From IMG/VR virus record IMGVR_UViG_3300048851_000168, positions 1-63,661 of that record: DNA of 63,661 nt. The stretch is one strand, 5' to 3'. Below are positions 1 to 9,692 of the stretch, in pieces. The notes beneath the pieces are model-generated. The model saw only the letters and a program-made list of their open reading frames with translations. It made no database searches and was not told the DNA's origin. The DNA is from a virus. Its lineage: Duplodnaviria > Caudoviricetes. A program made the translations under genes and the position numbers. Each line of letters starts with the position of its first letter. Position 1 is the stretch's first letter.

Positions 1-1152
1 TCATTCGGTAGCAGCAGCCCGTTTCACCATTCGCCGGTCGTAATTTTTGTGAGTCGTTGACGGGTCCGCGTGCGCCGCGAAGTCGTACACATCTGCCGAC
101 CGTTCCGTCAGTTTTGTTGTGATGGCGGCCGGCCGGATGTCCTGCAGCGCGAAGTAAAGCGGATGGTGAGTCACCAAGTCGCCCTCTTTGACATTTCTGT
201 CCAGCGTGCGAATCCATGCATTCATGGCGTCCTGCCATGACGAACTCCACCCCGATTTCGAATAGCAGGCAGTCCGCTTCGTCGGCGCGAACAGGTAGAT
301 GCTTCTGACGACGCCATCGCGCTGCTGCGCCCGCGCAACCACGCAGCGTAGGCGTGGCGACCATTCGCGCAGCTTCTGGACCCTCGCCTGCCCTTTCTTA
401 CGCTTCGCCGATTCGACTGACACACCGTCATCGCCTATGCCCGACCGAAGAAATGGCCGAACCTCGGCCGCGCGAAAGCCGGTGAGGTAGGTAAACATGG
501 CGGCGCACCCCATCGTTCGGTAGTTCTGCCGCTGCTTGACGGACCAGAGGTAAAAGCGCACCACCTGCTGGCGGACGATGGTCCGAACCTGGGATTCGGT
601 GACGTTTCGCGTCATATCAGTGAATGGGTTGCGCTCAACCAAGCCCCATCTGACACCGTAATGGCAAATGGTCGACATCAGCGCCAGTTCCTTGTTTGCG
701 CGCGCGGGCGCCCCGGCCTTGGCGCGAGCGTCCAGGAACTGGTATCCGTGCAAGGTTTTGAGCTTCGCGGGCGACATCTTGCCGAAGAATGCGGTCAGCA
801 CACTGAGCATAGCCTTGCGGTTGGCAACACCGTCCTTGCTTTGATCGAGGTAGTGCGTGGGCGCCTCCTCGATCTCAAAGCGTTCGATCATCTCACCCAC
901 AGAGTTCGCGACGATGCGGCCTTGAAGGCGGTCGGCGGCCGTGATCTGTGCCAGGCGCCACGCGTCGCGCAGCCCAGCACGATCTCCTATAGGGCAGGAC
1001 GCCAGCGTCTCGCTGCGCCCGTCCGGATGTTTGTATATCCAAGAGACTTTCCGTTTACCGACGCGTTTGTAAAGCCGATCGATGCCGGTCTTTTCCCATG
1101 TTGGCGAAGGCGTCGAGGTTGGGCGTCGACGCGAGCGTGGTGGCGTGGCCAT
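1..1152 (-). CDS. int: Tyrosine recombinase / phage integrase
   Basis: TGFRAAEV, DIRPAA, AAH..TTHKNY catalytic-type motifs; start placed at MATPPRSRRR (1152). Confidence 0.9.
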   Translation of the reverse strand: MATPPRSRRRPTSTPSPTWEKTGIDRLYKRVGKRKVSWIYKHPDGRSETLASCPIGDRAGLRDAWRLAQITAADRLQGRIVANSVGEMIERFEIEEAPTHYLDQSKDGVANRKAMLSVLTAFFGKMSPAKLKTLHGYQFLDARAKAGAPARANKELALMSTICHYGVRWGLVERNPFTDMTRNVTESQVRTIVRQQVVRFYLWSVKQRQNYRTMGCAAMFTYLTGFRAAEVRPFLRSGIGDDGVSVESAKRKKGQARVQKLREWSPRLRCVVARAQQRDGVVRSIYLFAPTKRTACYSKSGWSSSWQDAMNAWIRTLDRNVKEGDLVTHHPLYFALQDIRPAAITTKLTERSADVYDFAAHADPSTTHKNYDRRMVKRAAATE

Positions 1153-1327
1153 CAGTCGTGATTCCCATTTTTTTATCGTGATAGGCCCGTGCGACGCGCG
1201 GCAACCCTGTTCGGCCACGGACCCAGCGCCAGCCATTGTTGTCGAGCCATCGGGCCATGATGGCGCGCTGATTGGGCTCACATCCTATAAGGGACGCCAA
1301 CTCGTCGGCGGATAAATAGTCGTTCAA
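1055..1327 (-). CDS. Excisionase-like small DNA-binding protein (DUF4224-like)
   Basis: YLSADELASLIG..WLDNNGW..GLPRVAR; TTG start with GGAG RBS; directly upstream of the integrase. Confidence 0.75.
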   Translation of the reverse strand: MNDYLSADELASLIGCEPNQRAIMARWLDNNGWRWVRGRTGLPRVARAYHDKKMGITTDGHATTLASTPNLDAFANMGKDRHRSALQTRR

Positions 1328-1503
1328 GGGGGTCTCCCAATGTGGGTGGGCGGGACGTTGATGATGGGAAAGGTGCCCATGGACCGGGCAGGATGATCGG
1401 TTCGTAGCGCGTTGCGTACCGCCCAGCTGGGAGGCCCTACGCGAGATATCGGTCGGCGGCGATGGGGCTGTATTCTTCGCCTGGGGGCGGTAGCCCAATC
1501 CCC

Positions 1504-1887
1504 CTACGCGGGGCCATCCGTGTATTCGAATTCGATCCGGGTAATTTCCGTATCAGACGTGCAGCCCTTATGGCTGGCGCAGAACATGCGAACCCAGGCG
1601 CTGGGATCGCCACATTCCGGATGCCGCGCGAAGCCCTCGCGGCGCACTTCGTTGTAGCCGTAGTCCAGATCATCCAACATGGCGCGCAGAGGCTCGAAAC
1701 GGACGCTGAGTATGCGGATTGGACCGCGCAGTGGTTGGATCGTCTCGCCAGGCCGCAGGCCCATCGCCTTTAGCACCGGCCGCACCAGGTCACCCGGCTT
1801 CAGAAAACGCCAGCCGGCGCGCCTGGTTACGTCCTTTGTGCCCGCGCGGATCTGCTCAGTAGTCAGCGCGAAGCTCATGTTGCGCAT
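1504..1887 (-). CDS. ASCH/PUA-like domain protein
   Basis: SF..EQIRAGTKDVTRR..W..LKPGD and REGF motifs. Confidence 0.65.
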   Translation of the reverse strand: MRNMSFALTTEQIRAGTKDVTRRAGWRFLKPGDLVRPVLKAMGLRPGETIQPLRGPIRILSVRFEPLRAMLDDLDYGYNEVRREGFARHPECGDPSAWVRMFCASHKGCTSDTEITRIEFEYTDGPA

Positions 1888-2423
1888 GATTCACCTCGAT
1901 CTGCCGCGGCAGTTGCTGCGCCGGCTTTCAGCGCCTTCAATGCCTGGGCATGGCCGGCGTACGCGTTCACGGGCTGGCCGTCGCCGGACAGCCGCTCGTG
2001 GCATAGGAAGGCGTCGAAAGTGCCCTGGCACCAGGTGACGTCGCTGGTCGTTGGCTCGCACTGGTTGGCCGGCGTGCCGAGGCGGTAAGCGCAACCTGCG
2101 CACAAGCCTTTCCCGCTGACGGAATTGGCCAAGCGAACCCCTGCGATGGCGCCAAATATGGTTGGCATGTTGATCTTCTCGGCGGTGTAGGGGTGAACGC
2201 CGCCGTCGGTGACGAGCAGATCCTCGGCCATCACTCGGCAGTTTTCCGCCACCGAGTTGGCGAGCCCCATAAATTGCACCATCAACTGCAGCAGCGCTTG
2301 CGCTCCCTGTGCGTGCAGAAAGCGCAACAGCATGGCTTGACGCTCTCCCGATGGCATCAGGGCGGCGATACCGAGAGTTTCCGCCTGTGCGTCGGTTAAC
2401 GAATAGGATGCCTTGTCGCTCAT
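1875..2423 (-). CDS. Hypothetical phage protein (CxxC)
   Basis: Overlap-coupled to neighbours; CAGCAYR motif. Confidence 0.65.
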   Translation of the reverse strand: MSDKASYSLTDAQAETLGIAALMPSGERQAMLLRFLHAQGAQALLQLMVQFMGLANSVAENCRVMAEDLLVTDGGVHPYTAEKINMPTIFGAIAGVRLANSVSGKGLCAGCAYRLGTPANQCEPTTSDVTWCQGTFDAFLCHERLSGDGQPVNAYAGHAQALKALKAGAATAAADRGESCAT

Positions 2424-3556
2424 GATGCCGCCCCCTGAGCGTCTCGCCGCAACAGCAGTTTCCGCGTGCCGTCCTGCTGCATCGGGGTGACCACGCCGTG
2501 CTGTTCCAGACCTTCCAGCAGCCGAGCTGCACGGTTGTACCCGATTTGCAGATGGCGCTGGATCAGCGATATCGATGCCCGCTGGTTCTTCACCACTATT
2601 TCCTGTGCTTCTCCGAAAAGCGGGTCATCGCCGGCCAGGTCGGGCGGTGGCGGCGGTTCGGCCTGGCGCTCACCGCCCAGAGCAGCCACCACATCGCCGA
2701 GCAACTTGGCCAACTCGCCCGTCATCAGCGCGAAGTCGGAATCGAATCGCTCGTCGTCGGTCTGGCCCAGTGCGTCGCCATTCTCTTTCAGCACGTCCAA
2801 GGCCACGATCCGCTTAATGTCCAGCGATTCAGTCAGGACGAACGACACGCGGTCTGCCCATGTCATTGCCAAGCGCGTGCAGTGCTTGCCCAACCCAATA
2901 TGCCGGCGCACGTCGTCCGCATCGATGGAATGCTTCACGTAGCGGATGGCCGCGCGGCTTTCATCGGAAGCCCGCAACTCCGTGTCCTGGTCAATGCTGA
3001 GATTTGACGGGGCCTCGTCGGCTGCCAACCATCCAGTCATGGCGGATGCGGGAGAAGTGTGGACGTACAGGCTTTCCAGCGGGAATGGATCGATGGACTT
3101 GGCCAGAATCCCCAGCACCTCGTCGGCCTTAGCCGGTGCCGCGGCGTCGATCGCCAGCCAACGGTTCACCGGGTCGATCCAGACGCGGGTATCGCGGTAG
3201 ACGCTGAACGCCTTAGGTAGAAGCTCGTCAGTGACCCTCTCCTTGATCTCCTTCATTTGCTTGCGGCCGGGCTTGTAGCCTTGCTGCTCCTCAAGTTCCT
3301 GCATTCGCGCCTTGGTCACCTGATTGATGACGCTGGCGGGCAGCAACTTCTTCTCGGCGCGCAGCGCCAGCAGCATTTGGCCGTTCACGGCATGCACCAA
3401 GCCGCCGTGCTCGCGCGGAGCTATCCATCCTAGGCTTTGCATTTCCAGCGAAGTGCCAGTCTTGAACACATGAAAGGAAAGGGCATTTTCGAGCAGCTCA
3501 GCCGATAACGACCAAGCCGCAGTGAGGCGATAAACCTTCAGGTTTTTGAACCACAT
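2420..3556 (-). CDS. rdgC: Recombination-associated protein RdgC with C-terminal FtsK gamma domain
   Basis: [27 protein letters not shown] (RdgC); [24 protein letters not shown] (FtsK gamma). Confidence 0.92.
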   Translation of the reverse strand: MWFKNLKVYRLTAAWSLSAELLENALSFHVFKTGTSLEMQSLGWIAPREHGGLVHAVNGQMLLALRAEKKLLPASVINQVTKARMQELEEQQGYKPGRKQMKEIKERVTDELLPKAFSVYRDTRVWIDPVNRWLAIDAAAPAKADEVLGILAKSIDPFPLESLYVHTSPASAMTGWLAADEAPSNLSIDQDTELRASDESRAAIRYVKHSIDADDVRRHIGLGKHCTRLAMTWADRVSFVLTESLDIKRIVALDVLKENGDALGQTDDERFDSDFALMTGELAKLLGDVVAALGGERQAEPPPPPDLAGDDPLFGEAQEIVVKNQRASISLIQRHLQIGYNRAARLLEGLEQHGVVTPMQQDGTRKLLLRRDAQGAAS

Positions 3557-3568
3557 ATGAGTCCCGGT

Positions 3569-3772
3569 TTAATCGGAATATTGGGAAATGCAGCGGCACA
3601 GCCAGTCGCGGAACATCTGTTCGCGGAGCCTGCGGGATGCGTGGGGAGGGAGAGGAATCAGCGGCACCGGGGCCGGTGCGGGGCGGAAAGACCAGAACCG
3701 TCTGCGTTGCAGGCGCCGCAGTTCGGCCTTGAGGGTAATGATGTCGGCAGGCTCTTCCGCGCCGTCCGTCAT
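3569..3772 (-). CDS. Small hypothetical protein
   Basis: ATGA overlap with the upstream gene. Confidence 0.4.
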   Translation of the reverse strand: MTDGAEEPADIITLKAELRRLQRRRFWSFRPAPAPVPLIPLPPHASRRLREQMFRDWLCRCISQYSD

Positions 3773-4851
3773 ATCGGGAAGCCGTCGTGCTGGATGCCGT
3801 CCAGCAGCCGGCCGGCGGCCTTCTTGCCCACCTTGAAGATTTGCATGGCGCCAGAACCGTGCCGGCAGGCCATCGGCTCGTCAATGTTCAGCAGGGTGCC
3901 ATTGTTGTGCACTATGCCAGTAGGGACGGAGCAATCTCGCCCATAGATATCGTCCAGCACGTTTTGATCCTCGTGCGCACGTGCCTTTACCCTTGATCGG
4001 TACAGGACGCTGTGCTCCGCATCTGCCATCTGGCTAATAGGGCGCCACTCGCCCCACTGCTTGAACAGGAAGGGCACGCCGGCGGCAGCGCACTGGTCAC
4101 GAAGGCTGCGGGCCCAGTCGGGGTGCATCGGCCGCGCACCAGGGCCGCTCTCGCCGCCGACAATCACCCAGTCGATGAAGCGGGCATGCGCCCACACCAG
4201 TGCTTGGCGCTTCAAGCCACATTCCGCGCCAGCCGCTTTCGCTTCCCGATAGCTGTTGTACGGCCCCTTCCACCACCCGTGTATCGGCCACATGTAGCGA
4301 GCGACGTTCACCGGACCGAGCAACGGCTCAATGCTTAGGAAGCGCACGCGAGCTGGCGTGTCGAGCAGCTTAGGTATGTCCCGGTCTGCCTCTTCCTGGT
4401 TGACGATGGTGGCGCCAATCCAGACATGCTCCGGCGTGCCGGCCGGGAACATGTCGGCGAGCATCGCACCGGCATTGCCAATGCGCTTCGTCAGCAAAAG
4501 CCAATCCAAATTCGGCGTCATCATGATCAGGGTGGCCAAGTCCCGGCGCCAGTCGCCCACGACCTGGTTGTCGAACACGTCGGCCAAGCTGGCGCAAAAT
4601 ACGCGCTGGCGCCGGCCGTGCTGGGAGAAGAACGTAGAGTGCCCACGGTTCCACGCCAGCGGTTTACGCCAGTTGGCGGCGCTGGTGCGCCGACGCGGCG
4701 CGCCAGGACCCCAGTTGACGGCTAGACCGCCAGCGAAACGCGCATTGCGCGTCTCGGCATAGCAGTGGTCGCAGCCAGGTCCCACCTTCTGGCAGCCCTC
4801 CCAGGGATTCCACGTAGAATCACACCATTCAATATTCGTTTTATGGCTCAC
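3769..4851 (-). CDS. DUF5131 / phage Gp37-Gp68 family protein (radical-SAM-like)
   Basis: IEW..TWNPWEGC..GPGCDHCYA, LLTKR, SIEPLLG, DWVIVGGESG, PFLFKQWG. Confidence 0.92.
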   Translation of the reverse strand: MSHKTNIEWCDSTWNPWEGCQKVGPGCDHCYAETRNARFAGGLAVNWGPGAPRRRTSAANWRKPLAWNRGHSTFFSQHGRRQRVFCASLADVFDNQVVGDWRRDLATLIMMTPNLDWLLLTKRIGNAGAMLADMFPAGTPEHVWIGATIVNQEEADRDIPKLLDTPARVRFLSIEPLLGPVNVARYMWPIHGWWKGPYNSYREAKAAGAECGLKRQALVWAHARFIDWVIVGGESGPGARPMHPDWARSLRDQCAAAGVPFLFKQWGEWRPISQMADAEHSVLYRSRVKARAHEDQNVLDDIYGRDCSVPTGIVHNNGTLLNIDEPMACRHGSGAMQIFKVGKKAAGRLLDGIQHDGFPI

Positions 4852-4881
4852 GGTATTCCTATGGTGATGAAGGGCTCAACG

Positions 4882-5286
4882 ATGTCCGCGGAGAGCCGCG
4901 CCAAGATGAGTGCGGCGGCGAAAGCTCGCGGCAGCAACAGGACGGGCACCAAACATTCTGCGGAGACTCGTGCGTTGATCAGCGCGAGGACGCGAGAACG
5001 GACGCCTCGTGGCGAGCAATGCCACAGCTACATCGACGGGAAATCGCAGGAGCGCAAGGATCTGCGATCCACGCCCGAAGGTCGAAAGTGGCGTTTCGAC
5101 GTGATGAGCCGCGACGAATTTGCATGCGTGCATTGCGGGGATGATCGCGGCGGCAACCTGGAAGCCCACCATGTGCAGCCGTTTGCTGAATGCCCCGAGC
5201 GGCGGCTTGATGTGAGCAATGGAAAGACACTCTGCGTCCACTGCCACTGGATGGCGCATGCGTACGCGGGGCTCCCCGGGCTCTAA
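4882..5286 (+). CDS. HNH homing-type endonuclease with NUMOD3-like repeats (alternative start 4861)
   Basis: SAESRAKMS / HSAETRALIS; RDEFACVHC..LEAHH..NGKTLCVHCH. Confidence 0.88.
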   Translation: MSAESRAKMSAAAKARGSNRTGTKHSAETRALISARTRERTPRGEQCHSYIDGKSQERKDLRSTPEGRKWRFDVMSRDEFACVHCGDDRGGNLEAHHVQPFAECPERRLDVSNGKTLCVHCHWMAHAYAGLPGL

Positions 5287-5325
5287 CGTGTGATCAGTCC
5301 ATTCGATGCCGGAATTTTCCGCCAT
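5287..5325 (-). pseudogene. Orphaned original 5' end of the DUF5131 gene
   Basis: GGAG RBS plus MAENSGIEWTDHT, homologous to MSHKTNIEWCDST at 4851. Confidence 0.8.
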
Positions 5326-5394
5326 ACTTGCTCCGGTAGCGCAGTCGCCGGAGCATGCGGCCCGGCGGCCGCGAGGGATGAAAATTCAGATGCC

Positions 5395-5748
5395 TTAAGC
5401 GGCGATCCATACCCGCCGCGGCTTCGCCGCATCCGGGCCAGTGCCGGCCAGCCATTTGGCGCGCAGGTAGGGGCCCCCGGTATCCCAGCCTTCAATGTGG
5501 ATGTCCCTGCGGCGGTGTAGCTTGTCGACCGCTTCGCGCGTCGGCTTGCTGAACACGCCTAGCTGGCGGCGCAACTCGTCGGTCGTCATGGGTACGGCCA
5601 GCGCGGCCAGGACCCGGGCTGGCAGGCATTCTGGAACTGCCGGCCCGGCGCTGTCCACAGACTCGCCGTGGACCAGGCAGGATGATCCGGAGGTCGTCAT
5701 AAGCGACCCCTCGGGCTGGCCGGGTCCACGCCTTTGAATGTCAGGCAT
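5395..5748 (-). CDS. Hypothetical protein, possible winged helix
   Basis: PMTTDELRRQLG..REAVDKL; overlaps the upstream stop. Confidence 0.55.
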   Translation of the reverse strand: MPDIQRRGPGQPEGSLMTTSGSSCLVHGESVDSAGPAVPECLPARVLAALAVPMTTDELRRQLGVFSKPTREAVDKLHRRRDIHIEGWDTGGPYLRAKWLAGTGPDAAKPRRVWIAA

Positions 5749-6070
5749 GGTCGGCCCCTAACAGTGCAAGCGCGAGCTGTCGAGGCTCGAATCCGAAGCC
5801 CATGCACGCCATCCCCGGCAAACCATGCCGGAACGTGAGGAACGGATTCACGGAGCATGGAAGTTGTTGCCGGCGACACCATCCTCCCCGCGAATATGAG
5901 CAGTCGCAGCAGCGCTCCTGTGGCCCGGCCCATTCCCGGACAGCCCGCCCGATCACTGGACGCGCCAAGTGAACCCACGCCGCCCAGCGGGCGCGTCGCT
6001 CTGCCGGTGGGGCGTCGCCCGGTAACAGATCGCACCATGAGCTTTCCAGACAGATTTCAATGCTCGGCAT
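5741..6070 (-). CDS. Cys-rich hypothetical protein
   Basis: GGAGG RBS; CCDC..WC..PC..AC. Confidence 0.6.
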   Translation of the reverse strand: MPSIEICLESSWCDLLPGDAPPAERRARWAAWVHLARPVIGRAVREWAGPQERCCDCSYSRGGWCRRQQLPCSVNPFLTFRHGLPGMACMGFGFEPRQLALALLGADHA

Positions 6071-6455
6071 GTTTCCCTCCCAGCGCAGCGGCTGCGCGGA
6101 CGCATTGCGGCTCATGTCCGTGGCCGGCGATATCCCATCCACGAGAGCACCAGCAGCCGGGACCGCGCCACGTCGGCGTCAGATCGCGTATGGTGGACTC
6201 CAGTTCGGCGATGCGATCCGTCAGAGCGACGATTTTTGCCGGGCTGGCTAGTTCGATGAACTCCTGTACGCCCGGCGCCATCGCTACATTCGGCCATTTG
6301 TCGTAGGGGTGTACCGTACCGTGCAGCGCGCCGCCGTCGCGGGTATTCGCGCCGTCCTTGAACGTCAGGCGCCGGTACGAGTTTGACGTCCACCACTGCC
6401 AGTCCAGACCTCCCGCCGCCTGCGCCGCTCTCCTGAGCAGTTCCTTATCGTCCAT
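6057..6455 (-). CDS. Ead/Ea22-like protein
   Basis: FIELASPAKIVALTDRIAELE motif; GGAGG RBS. Confidence 0.6.
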   Translation of the reverse strand: MDDKELLRRAAQAAGGLDWQWWTSNSYRRLTFKDGANTRDGGALHGTVHPYDKWPNVAMAPGVQEFIELASPAKIVALTDRIAELESTIRDLTPTWRGPGCWCSRGWDIAGHGHEPQCVRAAAALGGKHAEH

Positions 6456-6729
6456 CGGTGCCTCCTGCGTTGCACGTTTTGCAGACCGGCATTTCAATCC
6501 GCACCTTTTGGCCGGTTTTGTCGCGGGGTTGAGCCACGGCCACGACGTCGGATAGCTCCTGCGGATACTTCCATTTGCCGCAGCGGCCGCATTCCTTCTG
6601 CCGCAGACCGGCCTTGTGCTGAACCTCGGCCCACTCGTGCCAGTCCAGATAGCCGGACGGCGGCATGTCGCCGGGCTTGAAGTCGCCCCCTACGGTCAGA
6701 ATCACGTCACCCATGATGATGTCAGGCAT
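6445..6729 (-). CDS. Zn-finger-like hypothetical protein
   Basis: CGRC..CKTC; overlap-coupled. Confidence 0.6.
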   Translation of the reverse strand: MPDIIMGDVILTVGGDFKPGDMPPSGYLDWHEWAEVQHKAGLRQKECGRCGKWKYPQELSDVVAVAQPRDKTGQKVRIEMPVCKTCNAGGTDGR

Positions 6730-7756
6730 TTCCATCCCCCTGTGCATCGGCACGCTGGGCGCGGGCGGCGTCGGCCATCGCTCTCATCTCGGCATCCGCA
6801 TGCGTCGACCAATCCTTGCCATGGCGCTGGTAGGCACGCAGCAAGAAATAGATGACGGCTGCCTGTTCTGCCTCGGCCTTTCGGGGGATGTTTTGCCCGC
6901 TGATCCTGAAGAGTTCGGCGATCCTGATGCAGGTGAAGCACATGCGGCCAAGAATCTCGCTCAGGTCATCGTTCAATTCGCCGAGCACAGACGCCTTGTC
7001 CTCCGCATCCCCCGCGCCGGGCTGCCGAGAGATGGCAGTTTCGATGGGCGGGTTCCACCGCATCCACGCCCGCTTAGTGACTTCCGCGACGTAGCCACAT
7101 GCGTCGTTTGGAGTGATATCCAGCCCACGCACGAGGGCCCATATCTCGAACGCCAGGCGGTCCTTACCTGTATCGCGTTCCGTAGCGGCCCGCTCGCCGC
7201 CCTGGATTTGAAGGGGGTGGTGTTTCACCACCCCCTTGCTTGTGCTGGCGGCAAGGGCGGCGCGGTCGAACGCGGCCACTATTTCGCGCGCGACGTAATC
7301 AGGCACGGAAACCATAGGCCAGTCCTGGCGACGCCGTAGCCATTCAACCGCCCGCTCGTCGCCCTGCGCAACTGTTAGAGAATCTCTAATAGTTGCCTCG
7401 TCGCCCTGCGCAGCCGGTGCAACGCCGTAGCGGGCGAGCAAGGCGCGGGCGAATGCGATTTCTCCGGCGTAATCGTGCTTCGTCCAGGATGTAATTGTGT
7501 CAGCCAGCGAGCCGATTTCCGCATCTGTTGGCGCGTCCTGCTGTGCACGCAACTGCTCGACTTCATCGGTCAGGATGGCATTAGCCTGGCGTTCCGAGTC
7601 AAGCAATTCGGGATTCGTCCTGGAGCGCAGCTCCAGCAACTGTTCGGATAGGTGCCTGACCTGCGCTTCCTTGGCGGTGACGATAGCCTCGAGGGCGCGG
7701 AACCGCTTGCACAGCGTAGGCAGATCGTCGCGGGAGATATCAATGCGCATCATCAT
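6722..7756 (-). CDS. Mosaic hypothetical early protein
   Basis: N-terminal coiled coil, AQGDE linker repeats. Confidence 0.65.
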   Translation of the reverse strand: MMMRIDISRDDLPTLCKRFRALEAIVTAKEAQVRHLSEQLLELRSRTNPELLDSERQANAILTDEVEQLRAQQDAPTDAEIGSLADTITSWTKHDYAGEIAFARALLARYGVAPAAQGDEATIRDSLTVAQGDERAVEWLRRRQDWPMVSVPDYVAREIVAAFDRAALAASTSKGVVKHHPLQIQGGERAATERDTGKDRLAFEIWALVRGLDITPNDACGYVAEVTKRAWMRWNPPIETAISRQPGAGDAEDKASVLGELNDDLSEILGRMCFTCIRIAELFRISGQNIPRKAEAEQAAVIYFLLRAYQRHGKDWSTHADAEMRAMADAARAQRADAQGDGNA

Positions 7757-8240
7757 CCCCTTCAGCCGCGGCGGCAACTCCACTTCGCCAGCACTCGCCG
7801 GGGGCGGACGGCTGGCGAGCGAGGGCGGCGCGGTATCCCTTTTTGAACCACGCCCTATCTACTGCGGTTATTCCAAGGTTTGCCGGGTCGGTCCAATCGA
7901 TAGAATGACCCTGACCTACGGCATTGCGGGCCAGTTCTTCTAGCGCCCGCTCGTCGCCCTGCGCCGCCGGCTTGCCGCAAATCTCGCGAGCGGGAGTCGC
8001 CGCGTTCGGCTCTTCAGGCTTTGCACTGTTCGATGAAGAAACTAGCCGGAGTTCGATGTGCTTGGCGTAGCCTGCGCGCTGCATGTCGAGATAGACGGCG
8101 TGTGCGTCCCAATCGAGAGGGCCAACAATGCGCTTCGACCACTTGCCGAAGGCATACATATCCCACAAAAGACCGGCGCCGCCATGCCATTGCATTAGGC
8201 GAACTTGCGCGCCCAGCGCATCGCCCTGCGCAGCCGGTGC
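7349..8240. repeat. Four dispersed ~20 bp repeats, core TCGCCCTGCGC
   Basis: 7349-7369 identical to 7944-7964; 7401-7420 identical to 8221-8240. Confidence 0.85.
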
Positions 8241-9125
8241 GGGCTGGGCACTGTCGCTCAGATATTGCGCAAGCACGCATGCGAAGTCCGCAGCAAGCGT
8301 ATCCGATATGTACCTGTCGAAGTCGTGCCGCTTCAGGCGCTTGCGGAAATATTCGGCGATATAGCCGCGCCCGCCTTTGCTGGTGCGCAGATCGTGCGGT
8401 CCAATGTCGTCCTGCTTATCCTGCTGCGCGGGCGCATTCGATGGGGCGGCGAGTGCCCGACGCAGCACGTTCACGGATTCGCAGGCCCCGCGATCATTGC
8501 CGTTGCAACTGGCGATGAAGTCATCGACCCAATCCAGTGCATCGCGCACCGCCCCGGCCTCTACAGGTGCGGGAGGGGAGGTGAAGAGCTTCGTACCTGC
8601 TGGCAACACGGGCGCGCCATCCAGCATGACGGGTTCTTGGCTGAAACCGTTGCGTGCGATGCCGGAATATTCATAGTGCCGAATTTCCGCCACCGGCACC
8701 GCCCCGGCCTCGCTGGCGTCAAGGCGCCCCGCGAAATTCACGGCCTGTTCGTCGCGCAGCTTTTCCCACTGGTGCTCTACCAGCTTGGGGCCGTAGACCA
8801 TTCCCCACGCCAATGCCTCGCGGAACAGGTCGACAGCGGCCTCGCTGGCGGCAGGCAGGAGGCGGGAGCGGGCGTACACGTTCAGCTTGCCCAGTGCAGC
8901 AAACCCCTGCTGATAATTGATCGGAATGTATTGCCTGACGCCGGCGACAAGATGATCGAGCTCCTTTAGCCACTCATCCCCCGCCACCGCGCCCAGCTTG
9001 GACATTGCGGTCAGCGAGTCTGCTAGATCACTTACCACCGCAGCATCTATGGGGACCAGCACTTTCATGTACTCACGCAGGGTGCCGGCCGCTACACTCA
9101 GCAGTGTTTGTTCATTGGTCTTCAT
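7740..9125 (-). CDS. Mosaic hypothetical early protein
   Basis: Start MKTNEQ; modules separated by EAGAV and AAQGD linkers. Confidence 0.65.
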   Translation of the reverse strand: MKTNEQTLLSVAAGTLREYMKVLVPIDAAVVSDLADSLTAMSKLGAVAGDEWLKELDHLVAGVRQYIPINYQQGFAALGKLNVYARSRLLPAASEAAVDLFREALAWGMVYGPKLVEHQWEKLRDEQAVNFAGRLDASEAGAVPVAEIRHYEYSGIARNGFSQEPVMLDGAPVLPAGTKLFTSPPAPVEAGAVRDALDWVDDFIASCNGNDRGACESVNVLRRALAAPSNAPAQQDKQDDIGPHDLRTSKGGRGYIAEYFRKRLKRHDFDRYISDTLAADFACVLAQYLSDSAQPAPAAQGDALGAQVRLMQWHGGAGLLWDMYAFGKWSKRIVGPLDWDAHAVYLDMQRAGYAKHIELRLVSSSNSAKPEEPNAATPAREICGKPAAQGDERALEELARNAVGQGHSIDWTDPANLGITAVDRAWFKKGYRAALARQPSAPGECWRSGVAAAAEGDDDAH

Positions 9126-9468
9126 GGCCTTCCTTGGTAGTGGGGATGGAATTGATGGCCGCGTAGATGCCGAAGTGGGCACCGAACGCCTTGTTCGCGT
9201 CGGCATGGGCCTTGAATTCCGCCTCGCCGAACTGGCCGTGCTTCGCCTTGTATTCCCAGCCAAGGCAGTCGGGCCGACGCAACTGTTCCATGCCGATGCA
9301 GTATTGACGGTCAGCGTAGGCATGCATCCCCGCGACCCACTCCGCGCGGGCCTGGGCGATGATGGCCTCGGCGAATTCAATAGCGTCCTCTTCACTTGGC
9401 GGATTCATTCCCGGCCCAGCAATCATTCCGTGCCCATAGGCGATTTCGCGTATCTTGTCGTCCGTCAT
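9112..9468 (-). CDS. Hypothetical protein
   Basis: Overlap-coupled in the operon; AAGGAG RBS. Confidence 0.65.
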   Translation of the reverse strand: MTDDKIREIAYGHGMIAGPGMNPPSEEDAIEFAEAIIAQARAEWVAGMHAYADRQYCIGMEQLRRPDCLGWEYKAKHGQFGEAEFKAHADANKAFGAHFGIYAAINSIPTTKEGHEDQ

Positions 9469-9692
9469 GTCGACTCCTTGCGGTCGAGCATCGATCGGAC
9501 GAGTTTTGCGCTCGTGTTGAACTGCTCATACTCAAACCGTGCGGCAACTTCCTCCAGAACCTTGCGCCGCACTTCATGGCCCCACCGCAAGATGGATTCA
9601 TCGCTGCGGGCTACGAAATCGCCCTCGAAGTCGCGCACATCCTTACGAGGCAGCGGCGGCAACTCCGGCCGGGCGGCGGTCTTGTTAGGCAT
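9465..9692 (-). CDS. Hypothetical protein
   Basis: GGAGG RBS; ELPPLP motif. Confidence 0.55.
   Translation of the reverse strand: MPNKTAARPELPPLPRKDVRDFEGDFVARSDESILRWGHEVRRKVLEEVAARFEYEQFNTSAKLVRSMLDRKEST

Noticed and set aside
1-60. attL/attR core repeats
   Set aside because: The window starts at the integrase stop codon and ends at the ligase start; att sites are not visible
1153-1281. N-terminal extension of the integrase ORF
   Set aside because: Overlaps the excisionase gene in another frame; 1152 is the more plausible start
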